Source: a candidate division FCPU426 bacterium (GTDB lineage Bacteria > Oederibacteriota > Muellerivitia > Muellerivitales > Muellerivitaceae). Taken from it: a stretch of DNA of 64,000 nucleotides. A program made the translations under genes and the position numbers. Under the pieces are notes generated by a model. The model was not told where the DNA came from and made no database searches. It was given only the letters and a program-made list of their open reading frames with translations. How positions within the stretch are numbered: position 1 is the first letter of the stretch; each line of letters opens with the position of its first letter. Positions 10,333-19,097 of this stretch are shown in pieces. The DNA lies in NCBI GenBank assembly GCA_963719085.1, contig CAVRAL010000001.1:1-64000 (forward strand), written 5' to 3'.

Positions 10333-11007
10333 ATGCAAGACTTTTTCGACGCCATCCAAGCCGGGGATTTGCCCAAGGTGAGGGATCTTTTCAAGGCGGA
10401 CCGCAAATTAGCCGACAGCAAGAACCAACAAAGCCTGTCCGCGGTCATGTGGGCCCGTTATAACGACCAAGAAGAGATATTGAAGTTTTTGCTCCGCTCC
10501 AAGGAGCAGCCCCTGACCATTTTCGAGTCCGCGGTCACGGGAAACCAAAAGACCACCCATTTTCTTGATCAACTGGATAAGGGCCTGGTCAATAGCTACT
10601 CCATCGACGGTTTTACGCCGCTCCAATTGGCCTCTTTTTTCGGAAATAGCGAGATGGTCAAGCAGCTTTTAAGTTTGGGCGCCGACGCGAAGGCCTTTTC
10701 CAAACACGCGTCCCATTTGACCGCCCTTCATGCCGCCGTGGCCAACCGTAACACCACCGAAGGCGTGGAGATCGCCAAGGCGCTTTTGGTGGTGGGGGCG
10801 GACCCGAACGCCCGGCAAGAAGGCGGGTTGACGCCCCTGCACGCGGCGGCGGCGAAGGGAAGCTGGGAACAAACCTTGCTTCTTGTGATTTTTAAAGCGG
10901 ATAAAACTTTAAAAGATAATGATGGAAAAACCGCCCGCCAAGTCGCGGAAGCTAAGGGCCAAAAGGCCATTGTCCAACTTTTGGATCAACCCGTTCCCTC
11001 CAAATAA
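10333..11007 (+). CDS. Ankyrin repeat protein
   Basis: GFTPLQLAS, TALHAAV and GLTPLHAAA repeats; GAGG RBS before ATG 10333. Confidence 0.88.
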   Translation: MQDFFDAIQAGDLPKVRDLFKADRKLADSKNQQSLSAVMWARYNDQEEILKFLLRSKEQPLTIFESAVTGNQKTTHFLDQLDKGLVNSYSIDGFTPLQLASFFGNSEMVKQLLSLGADAKAFSKHASHLTALHAAVANRNTTEGVEIAKALLVVGADPNARQEGGLTPLHAAAAKGSWEQTLLLVIFKADKTLKDNDGKTARQVAEAKGQKAIVQLLDQPVPSK

Positions 11008-11077
11008 ATATTCCCGTTGCGAAGTTCTTATTTTTAAATTAAAAAATCAGGCTATTAATTTCTGCGAGGAGGCGGTT

Positions 11078-11986
11078 ATGAAATGGACTTATTCCCTGAT
11101 TGCGGCGACTTTGCTCGTGCACCCGGCTTGGGTTAACGCCGAAAGCGCGGATTTTGACGCGCTTTTAGCCCAGGTGCCCGCTCCCCCTAAAACAGTGGCG
11201 GAAGCCGCGGCGCGCTGGCAGGAAGGAAATGAAAGCGGGAACCCCGCGGTGCCTTACGATAAAAATTGCGTGAGCTTAAGGACCAAGCTTGATGGATTAA
11301 TGCAAGATCAGATGCAGAATAAAGAAACCATGGGCGGCGACACGGCCGCCGACATCCAGCGAAAAATGGCCGGCATGACCCAGCAGGAAAAAATCGCCTA
11401 CGCCATGCAAATCGCCAAAAAGATGCAGCAAGACCAGCAAGCGGCCTATACGGGATCCAACGCGCAATCGCTCGCCCAGGTTCAGCAAACGGACGTGGCC
11501 CAGGCGGGCACCCGGGCCTCTTTGACCGCGGCGAAAGAAATGGACGACGCGGACAACGCTTTTAGGATTCAGTTTCAAGCCTTGACCAAACAATTTACCG
11601 CTTCCGTCATGGCCTGTCCCGAACACTCAATCCCGGGCGGCATGATGGCGCGCAATATGGACTGCGCCCAGCCCTTGCTGGATAAGTACAAGGCGGATTA
11701 CGACGCGCTGGCGGAAAAAAGGATGGCTAAAATGAGCGCGATTTTCCTCAAGGAAAAAGCGGCGGCCAAGACGGAAATTAAAGGTTGGGAAGGCGAGATC
11801 TCGACGCTTCAGCAAAGCGGTTCCGAAACGGCCAATGACAGCATTGTTCAAAAGAAAGCCTTCATTTACGGCGAGATCCAGGCCTTGACCCTTCCGGTGG
11901 GCGCGGCGGTGACGGTTGGCTATGACGCCTCTCAAATGGTCCCGAAGATTAATTGTGGACCGGATTGCGATTTGTATTCGAATTAA
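11078..11986 (+). CDS. Hypothetical exported helical protein
   Basis: AGGAGG RBS, signal peptide MKWTYSLIAATLLVHPAWVNA, Ala/Gln/Met-rich body, followed by a terminator. Confidence 0.75.
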   Translation: MKWTYSLIAATLLVHPAWVNAESADFDALLAQVPAPPKTVAEAAARWQEGNESGNPAVPYDKNCVSLRTKLDGLMQDQMQNKETMGGDTAADIQRKMAGMTQQEKIAYAMQIAKKMQQDQQAAYTGSNAQSLAQVQQTDVAQAGTRASLTAAKEMDDADNAFRIQFQALTKQFTASVMACPEHSIPGGMMARNMDCAQPLLDKYKADYDALAEKRMAKMSAIFLKEKAAAKTEIKGWEGEISTLQQSGSETANDSIVQKKAFIYGEIQALTLPVGAAVTVGYDASQMVPKINCGPDCDLYSN

Positions 11987-12014
11987 GTTGAGGCGATTTT
12001 AAAGAAGTGACTTG

Positions 12015-12050
12015 GTCCCGTCCCTCGAATTGGGAGACGGGATTTTTTAT
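12015..12050 (+). terminator. Intrinsic terminator
   Basis: TCCCGTCCC-loop-GGGAGACGGGA followed by TTTTTT. Confidence 0.65.
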
Positions 12051-12193
12051 TCGCCGGGTCCCAAAAGGCTAGGTCAAACGGAGAGCGCGGGAATCATGAA
12101 CCCTGTGTCGCGGGCGGTCAAGGCGAATACCCAATGCTGATTCCCCCGAAGTTTTTTATGAGGAGGAGCCTTTATCGGCATTGGATAAATGAT

Positions 12194-13054
12194 TTATCTT
12201 TTCACCAGTTCCGAATTCTCGATCTCAATCGAATAATCCAAGCTCGATAAGACATCGGTTCCTCGGAAGGTGCCGAGGACCGGCATGGCGTCTTGCGGGG
12301 CGGGGCCGGAGGCCAAAGCCACGTGATGATCGGCGACCGCCAGACCCCAGCTGGGGTCGTAACCCCGCCAACCCGCCCCCGGAAGGTAAACTTCGGCCCA
12401 AGCGTGAAGCTCGTGCTGGTCGGGTGTGTCGGGTGAGTATTTATAGCCGCTGACGAAGCGGGCGGCCAGCCCCAGCGATCGGCAGATATCCATGAACAAA
12501 ACCGCCAAGTCCCGGCAGGCGCCTTCCTTGCGCCGCAAGGTCTTGGCCGGGGGCAGGGCGTCCCCCTGGGCCCGGGGCACGTGCTGAAATTCCCGGCTGA
12601 TGAAATCGGTGGCGTGATAAAGGAAATTTAAGGTGTTGTCGTCGCTTTCCATTAAAAGACTTTGGGCCAGGTCTTCCACGGCTTTGTCCGGTTGGGGCCG
12701 GTGCAGGTAAGGGTTCAAGGCCAGGCGGTTGTCCTGTTGGTAGCGGGCGGGAAGCTTCAAGGTTTGGGGGTCGGTCACCAGATAATTAAAGGGGTTGATT
12801 AAAAGCGTTTCCACTTGGGAATAGACCTTCAGGGTAAGGGTTGAGAATCGGTCGCTAAACCAAAATAAAGTCCCCGTGTTGCCCAAGAGGTCGAGCTGTT
12901 CGGAGCGGCCCGCGGGCGCGGGATCGGCTTCCAACTCAAACTGTTCCAGCTTTTGGCTGAAGTCGTCCCGGGGCCGCAAGCGGACCAGGGTGGGCTCCAA
13001 AAAGACGGGCTTGGTATAGTTGAACTTCAGTTGGTGTTTGATCGCAAGTTTCAT
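12194..13054 (-). CDS. Transglutaminase-like protein with bacterial transglutaminase N-terminal domain
   Basis: RLRPR near the N-terminus; catalytic triad GACRD (C), LHAWAEVY (H), YDPS (D). Confidence 0.9.
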   Translation of the reverse strand: MKLAIKHQLKFNYTKPVFLEPTLVRLRPRDDFSQKLEQFELEADPAPAGRSEQLDLLGNTGTLFWFSDRFSTLTLKVYSQVETLLINPFNYLVTDPQTLKLPARYQQDNRLALNPYLHRPQPDKAVEDLAQSLLMESDDNTLNFLYHATDFISREFQHVPRAQGDALPPAKTLRRKEGACRDLAVLFMDICRSLGLAARFVSGYKYSPDTPDQHELHAWAEVYLPGAGWRGYDPSWGLAVADHHVALASGPAPQDAMPVLGTFRGTDVLSSLDYSIEIENSELVKR

Positions 13055-13063
13055 CGCCGCACC

Positions 13064-13795
13064 TCAGGTCTTGGGGTCCCGCTCCAAGGCTTCCTTGGCC
13101 CATTCATTGGGGCAAAGTTCCACGGTTTCCCGGACCCTTTTTTTCCACCAATCCGAAACCGCCGTCATGTCTTCCCGGTCGTAACGGATCTCGGACATTT
13201 TGTAACTGTCCTTGTGGTAGAGCACGACATCGATGGGGAAATCGACATCGGTCGCGCTGGTGCGGGTGGCCTCAAAAGCCAAGTAGCCGACCTTGAGCGC
13301 GACTTCCATATTGCTGTCATAACGCAGCGCCCGGTCCAACAGGGGTTTTCCGTAGCTGGATTCCCCGATGGCGTAATAAGGCGTGCTCTCGGTCACCTCC
13401 ACCCAATTGCCCTGGGGGTAGATGAGGTACAACTTGTGCTCCGCGTCATTGGACAATTGTCCGCCCATGAGCGAAAAAAGATTAAAGTGATAACCGGCCC
13501 GGGTGAGGGCCTCGCCGTCTTCCTGGGAAACGCGCCGCACCTGCTCGGCGAAGGCGTTGACGGCTTTGTACAATTTGTCAAAGGGCTGCTCGCCCGACTC
13601 CAGCACCTCGTTAAAATAAGTGAGGGCCTTGTCCCGGGCGGACCTTAATCCCGAGGTCATGAGAAACAAGGAATGGTTTCCGTTTTGATGGATCGACACT
13701 TTTTTCGCGGTGATCTGCTCCGTTCCACTCGTAATCCGGGTGTCCGCCAAAGCGACCAACCCGTCCTTCACCTTCATCGCCACGCAAAATGTCAT
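13064..13795 (-). CDS. Proteasome-type Ntn protease (Anbu family)
   Basis: N-terminal MTFC (Thr nucleophile after Met removal), ADTR, LIYPQGNW, IGESSYGKPLLDR. Confidence 0.88.
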   Translation of the reverse strand: MTFCVAMKVKDGLVALADTRITSGTEQITAKKVSIHQNGNHSLFLMTSGLRSARDKALTYFNEVLESGEQPFDKLYKAVNAFAEQVRRVSQEDGEALTRAGYHFNLFSLMGGQLSNDAEHKLYLIYPQGNWVEVTESTPYYAIGESSYGKPLLDRALRYDSNMEVALKVGYLAFEATRTSATDVDFPIDVVLYHKDSYKMSEIRYDREDMTAVSDWWKKRVRETVELCPNEWAKEALERDPKT

Positions 13796-14778
13796 TGTTC
13801 AAGTCCTTTAACCGGAAAGTAGCCGGGAGTGGGGTTGGGCGCCAAATAAATGGCGGACAAATCCTCTCCCAGGGCGTTTAGCTTTGTCTCAAAGTCATCC
13901 AGATACTCGTGTAATCCGCGCCGTATCACTTCTTGGATATTGCCGTAATCCAGCTCGGTTCTTAAACCGCCCAAACGTTTTTCGGCGGCGTTGGCGAAGG
14001 TCCCCGCCGGCGTGCCGGTGATGGCCCGGAGCGACTCCTCGGCTTTGATGAGGCAATGGCGCATGGAACGAGGGAATTCACGGTCTAGAATTAAAAATTC
14101 GGCGATGCGATAGGGGTCGATACGGTTAAATTTTTTGCGGTACATTTCATAGGCGGTGGCGGACTTCAAAAGCGCGGTCCAAAGGATGAGATCAATGGGA
14201 GTGCCAATGTCCTCGATTTTGGGCAGCAGGATGAAATATTTCACGTCCAGGATGCGGGCGGTTTTATCGGCGCGCTCAAAGAGCCGGCCTAATTGGATAA
14301 AGTTCCAAGCCTCCCCATGGGTGAAGGTGGCGTCGGTCACGCCTTGGAAAAGATGGCTGGCTTGTTTGACTTCCTTACAGAAGGATAAGGGAAAGTCTTT
14401 GGCGGTCTGGGAATTCACGGCGTTTTGAACCATATGGTAAAAGCCGTTCACTTGGGACCACATCTCGGACGAAATGACTTCCCGCATGGTGCGGGCGTTT
14501 TCCCGGGCCTTTTGTAAGCAAGACAAGATTGAGTTGGGGTTTTGGGCGTCAAAAATAAGGAAATTCAGCACGTTTTCGCGGGTAGCCTCCTTATAGCGGG
14601 CTTGAAAATCGGCGTAATCACCCGTGGTGACCACCAGGGGAAGCCACTGCTGTTGCTCGACCAAAAAGGCTTGGTCCAGCATGAGGTAGAGGTTTACGTC
14701 GATGAACCGGGCCACGTTTTCGGCCCGCTCAATGTAACGGCTCATCCAATAGGTGGAATCGGCGAGGCGGCTGAGCAT
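13792..14778 (-). CDS. Alpha-E domain protein (DUF403)
   Basis: MLSRLADSTYWMSRYIERAEN, ARENAR, ERADKTAR, FPRS. Confidence 0.92.
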   Translation of the reverse strand: MLSRLADSTYWMSRYIERAENVARFIDVNLYLMLDQAFLVEQQQWLPLVVTTGDYADFQARYKEATRENVLNFLIFDAQNPNSILSCLQKARENARTMREVISSEMWSQVNGFYHMVQNAVNSQTAKDFPLSFCKEVKQASHLFQGVTDATFTHGEAWNFIQLGRLFERADKTARILDVKYFILLPKIEDIGTPIDLILWTALLKSATAYEMYRKKFNRIDPYRIAEFLILDREFPRSMRHCLIKAEESLRAITGTPAGTFANAAEKRLGGLRTELDYGNIQEVIRRGLHEYLDDFETKLNALGEDLSAIYLAPNPTPGYFPVKGLEQ

Positions 14779-14781
14779 GGT

Positions 14782-16241
14782 TTATTTCTCCCGCAGGGAA
14801 GGCGTTGTTTGATCGGCTAAAACCCAGGTGTCTTTACTGCCGCCGCCCTGGGAAGAATTCACCACCAAGGAACCTTTTTTAAGCGCCACCCGGGTGAGTC
14901 CTCCCGGCATGACATAGATATTCATTCCGTAAAGCACGTAAGGGCGAAGATCCACATGGCGGCCTTCCAAATGGTCGTCCACGATGACCGGAACCCGGGA
15001 CAGCGCCAGGGTCGGCTGGGCGATATAGTCCCGCGGATTTTCCTCGATCAAAATCTTGAACTTGTCCCGCTCAGCCTGGGAAGCGTGGGGCCCGACCAGC
15101 ATGCCATAGCCGCCGGATTGGTTGACCGCCTTGACCACCAGCTTGTCCAGGTTTTGAAGCACATGCTTGCGCTGGGTCTCGTCCCAGCAAACGAAAGTCG
15201 GCACGTTGGGGAGGATCGCCTCTTGCCCCAAGTAATACCGGATGATTTGGGGGACATAAGTATAGATGGCTTTGTCATCGGCGATGCCCGTGCCGGGCGC
15301 GTTGGCGATGGCGACTTTTCCGGCCCGGTAGACATCCATAATTCCGGGTACGCCCAGGGTGGAGTCGGCTTTGAAAACTTTGGGATCCAGGTAATCATCG
15401 TCCACCCGGCGGTAAATGACGTCCACTTTTTGATAACCCTTGGTGGTGCGCATCACCACGTATCCATCCACGACCGAAAGATCGCGGCCCTCGACCAACT
15501 CCGCGCCCATCTGTTGGGCCAAAAAGGCGTGCTCGAAATAAGCCGAGTTGTAAGCGCCGGGCGTGAGCACCACCACCCGGGGATGCCGGGTCGTGGGGGG
15601 GCTAGGAATTCAAGCGTGTCGAGCAGGCGGTGGGAATACTCATCCACGGTCCTGACCGGCATAGATTGAAAAACATGCGGTAAGGTGCGTTTCAAGACCG
15701 AGCGGTTTTCCAAAACATAGGACACCCCCGAGGGGCAGCGGAGATTGTCTTCCAAAACGTAAAACTTCCCGTCGGCGTCCCGCACCAAGTCGGTGCCCGT
15801 GATGTGGATCCAGATGCGGCGGGGCGGGTTCAGCCCCAGGCATTGGCTGCGGAAACCAAAGGAAGTTTTCACCATATCCGCGGGGATGATCTTGTCCTTC
15901 AGGATTTTTTGATCATGATAAATATCATCGATAAAAAGGTTCAGGGCTTGAATGCGCTGGGTAAGGCCGGACTCGATTTGTTTCCACTCGGAGGCGGGTA
16001 TGACCCGGGGAATAATATCAAAAGGCAATATTTTCTCCGTGCCTTCTTGGTTGCCGTAAACCGTGAAGGTGATTCCCATTTGTAAAAGCTCGGCCTCGGC
16101 GGCTTTTTGCTGGCGCTTCAGGTCGCCGGGAGGCATGGCCTTTAAACGGGCGATCAAGGGCGCCACCATCTCCCGGGGCGCGCCGGATTTTTCGAAAAGC
16201 TCGTCGTAAAAGCTTTCGACCTGGTAATTTTCAAAGTTCAT
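14782..16241 (-). pseudogene. Circularly permuted ATP-grasp type 2 protein, split by a 1-nt frameshift near 15578-15601 (possibly an assembly error)
   Basis: Upstream frame has YDELF, PFDIIPR and VLEDNLRCPSGVSY; downstream frame has [28 protein letters not shown] and [16 protein letters not shown]7 run at 15595-15601. Confidence 0.88.
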
Positions 16242-16437
16242 AATGTTGGTGGCCCCATGGGTTATAAGCGACTTGAGTCTAGAAGAGTGCAAGAGGAAGG
16301 CCAAGATAAAGCTTAAGAAAGTAGGGCTTTTTTGAATCTTTACCTTGGTTTAAAATACAAAATTGAGCTTTATGAACAATTTTGTTTTATTGACCACCCG
16401 GGGCCTGGTTGGGCTAAAAGACCTCAAAGGAGCGGTT

Positions 16438-17004
16438 TTGAAAAAGTTTTTAGGGCTTTTAATCGAAGGTCTGGCTTTAGGTTTTATCACCGGGCTTTGT
16501 CTGGCTGGTTTGGCGGCCCTCATCTATCGTTCCTCGGTCCATCCCGCCGATGGGGCGACTTTTTCCTCTTACTTCCTCGCGGTCGGGGGACTTCTAGGAT
16601 GTGTGGCGGGTTGGTGTTGCGCTTTGCAATTCATCTTAAACCGGTTGATGGACTCGCTGGTGCGATCCGTGGCCCGGTTGGTTCCCTTGACGACGGGGCA
16701 GGTCGGCGCCGAATGGGCGGGGAAGATTGAGCGGTTTTTAACCGAGGTTTTACGCCCCATGCCCGCCTTGCTTCGTCGGGCGGTCGAGTTTTTCATGCTG
16801 GCGCGTTTTGCCCGTTATGAGAAGGCGAACCGCGCGCTTCAAAAAGCCGGGAAAAAATATCCCGAACGAAGCCAGGACCCCGAGTGGCTCGCCGCCGTGG
16901 CCCTTCATTATTTTCTGGAACCGGTTTGGGCCGTCTTTTACGGCGCCTATGTTATTCTTCTATTGATCGCCTGCGTTTTTTGGAGCCTGCCGTTTATCCG
17001 GTGA
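16438..17004 (+). CDS. Hypothetical membrane protein
   Basis: Three hydrophobic segments; AAGGAG RBS before TTG 16438 (start uncertain). Confidence 0.6.
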   Translation: MKKFLGLLIEGLALGFITGLCLAGLAALIYRSSVHPADGATFSSYFLAVGGLLGCVAGWCCALQFILNRLMDSLVRSVARLVPLTTGQVGAEWAGKIERFLTEVLRPMPALLRRAVEFFMLARFARYEKANRALQKAGKKYPERSQDPEWLAAVALHYFLEPVWAVFYGAYVILLLIACVFWSLPFIR

Positions 17005-17025
17005 AATTAGAAAAAGGACCATTTC

Positions 17026-17796
17026 ATGACGGCTCAAGCCTCTTACGAAAAATGGAAATCGCTTCAATCCCATTGGGACGACGATGATTTTCTTAAATCA
17101 CTCACGCCTCTGATGAGACTCAGGTACCGACGGTTGGATGAAAAAGTCTTGAGGCTGTTCGAAAAAGCCTTTCAGAACTCAGGTCATCCGCTTCTGGTGG
17201 ACCTGGGCGCGGGCCGAGGGGAGTTCGCTTTTTTCCTGAATCAACAAGGGAAGGCCGGCTCCTGGAACTATTTGGGCGCGGAGCCTTCCGCCGAGCAATT
17301 GAATCAACGGGATATCCAGTCTTTAGGACTGGGCTTCATCCGGGCCACGGCCGAGCGGATACCTCTTCAAGACATGACAGCCCAAGGGGTCTTGATGAAA
17401 GAAGCCCTGGACCATTGTTATGACCCTTTAAAAGTTTTCCAGGAAGCGAGGCGTCTTCTAAAACCCGGCGGACTATTGGTGGTGACCTTGACCAACGACC
17501 AGTCTTACTTTAAGCGGCTTTTACCCTGGGTGAACCAGGCGCATAAGGCCAAGCAAACCGATCATCTTTTCTTTTTCGGGCCCTTGGACTTAAAAAAACT
17601 GGCGGAGCAGGCCCAGTTTGACAGCGTTTCAGTGGAAACCTATAATTACCTGAAATTACCCAGGTTTTTGGAAAAGTTTTTGGGTCTGTTAGGCCCCGGG
17701 GTTTGCTCAGGGTTCTTGGACTTGAGCGACGCCATTGGAAAAGCCGTGCTTCCGGGATTAGGTGGCGGTATTATTCTTCAGGCGACGGTGAAATAA
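17026..17796 (+). CDS. Class I SAM-dependent methyltransferase
   Basis: LVDLGAGRG motif I, ALDH, LLKPGGLL. Confidence 0.85.
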   Translation: MTAQASYEKWKSLQSHWDDDDFLKSLTPLMRLRYRRLDEKVLRLFEKAFQNSGHPLLVDLGAGRGEFAFFLNQQGKAGSWNYLGAEPSAEQLNQRDIQSLGLGFIRATAERIPLQDMTAQGVLMKEALDHCYDPLKVFQEARRLLKPGGLLVVTLTNDQSYFKRLLPWVNQAHKAKQTDHLFFFGPLDLKKLAEQAQFDSVSVETYNYLKLPRFLEKFLGLLGPGVCSGFLDLSDAIGKAVLPGLGGGIILQATVK

Positions 17797-17814
17797 AAGA
17801 AAAGCGAGAGGCCC

Positions 17815-17979
17815 TTGATCAATCCTGATTTATTGAATCTTTTGATTTGCCCCGCCTGCGGTTCGGCGGTTCGGGATAAGGAAACCCATATCGAGTGTAC
17901 CGCCTGCAAAAGCCGTTTCCCGATTGAAAACGGAATCCCCGTTTTATTGGCCGACCGTGCCGAAAAAACAAAAAGATGA
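17815..17979 (+). CDS. Trm112/YcaR-like small zinc-ribbon protein (54 aa, absent from the ORF track)
   Basis: Manual translation MINPDLLNLLICPACGSAVRDKETHIECTACKSRFPIENGIPVLLADRAEKTKR; GAGG upstream of the TTG start. Confidence 0.88.
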   Translation: MINPDLLNLLICPACGSAVRDKETHIECTACKSRFPIENGIPVLLADRAEKTKR

Positions 17980-19096
17980 TTATCTGAAAATCGGAATCGA
18001 CGCCCGGCTGGCCTACCGCCGGGGAGTGGGAACCTACGCCGCCAACCTGATTAAAGCCCTCCTGAAGCAGGACCTGAAAAACGAGTATTTCCTATTTAAC
18101 GCGCCTGATTTTTTCAAGAAGCAATTCCGGACCGCCCGGATTCAATGGGTGGATTTGGGCTTAACCAACGCCGCCCTTTATGAGCAGTGGGACCTGCCGG
18201 CCGCCGCGCGCGGGCTTAAACTTGATTTTCTCCACTATATCGACAATTCGGCCACGGTCTGTTCTTCCTTCCCTTATTTACTGACGCTCCATGATGTGAT
18301 GTATGCCCGTCCCCTTTCGGCGGTAAGACCCCACCCGACCTTGCGGCAAAGCCTGGTTCATTTTTATAAACGCCTGGTGATCCCGTATTCGGCCCTGCGC
18401 GCCCGGAAAATTTTGACGGTATCGGATTACTCCAAAAAGCAAATCTTTGACCAGTTGGGGATTTCCCCCCGGAAGATTCACGTCACCCCGGAAGGCGTGG
18501 ACCGGGTCTTGTTTAAACCTCAACGCCGGCCGTCCCCCGGCCGGGAGTGGAAAATTTTGATCCATGGCGCCGCCGATGAGCGCAAAAATGTTTATCGGGT
18601 ATTTCAGGCCGCCTGGCGCTGGATGAAACGCGGTCAGAAATTCCAGCTTTTTGTCCAAGGGATGGATGAGGCGGAGCTGAACTGCACCGATTATCTGGAA
18701 CAGGCCCAGATTCTTGGAATCTCGCCCTATATCCAGTGGATGGGCAATGTGCGCCGGGAAGAACTGGCTCAAAGCTACGCCCGGGCGGATTTGTTCCTTT
18801 ATCCCTCTTTGTTGGAGGGATTCGGTCTTCCGCTTTTGGAAGCCTTCGCTTGCGGGATTCCGGTGGTGACCTCGAACACCACGGCCTTGCCGGAAGTGGC
18901 CGGAAACGCGGCCTTCCTGGTGGACCCCCAAAGTCCGGAAGCCATCGCCCGGGGAGTGGAACAGGTAATGACCAAGCCCGTCCTTCGCCGTCAGATGATC
19001 GCCCGGGGTTTTAAGCGGGCCCAACAATTCACCTGGGAAAAAACCGCACGACTGACCCTTCAAGCTTACGAAGAACTCGGCGCGGAACTGAAATAA
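17957..19096 (+). CDS. Glycosyltransferase family 4
   Basis: KIGIDAR, GVGTY, YPSLLEGFGLPLLEAFACG, FTWEKTA; start uncertain. Confidence 0.9.
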   Translation: MPKKQKDDYLKIGIDARLAYRRGVGTYAANLIKALLKQDLKNEYFLFNAPDFFKKQFRTARIQWVDLGLTNAALYEQWDLPAAARGLKLDFLHYIDNSATVCSSFPYLLTLHDVMYARPLSAVRPHPTLRQSLVHFYKRLVIPYSALRARKILTVSDYSKKQIFDQLGISPRKIHVTPEGVDRVLFKPQRRPSPGREWKILIHGAADERKNVYRVFQAAWRWMKRGQKFQLFVQGMDEAELNCTDYLEQAQILGISPYIQWMGNVRREELAQSYARADLFLYPSLLEGFGLPLLEAFACGIPVVTSNTTALPEVAGNAAFLVDPQSPEAIARGVEQVMTKPVLRRQMIARGFKRAQQFTWEKTARLTLQAYEELGAELK

Positions 19097-19097
19097 A

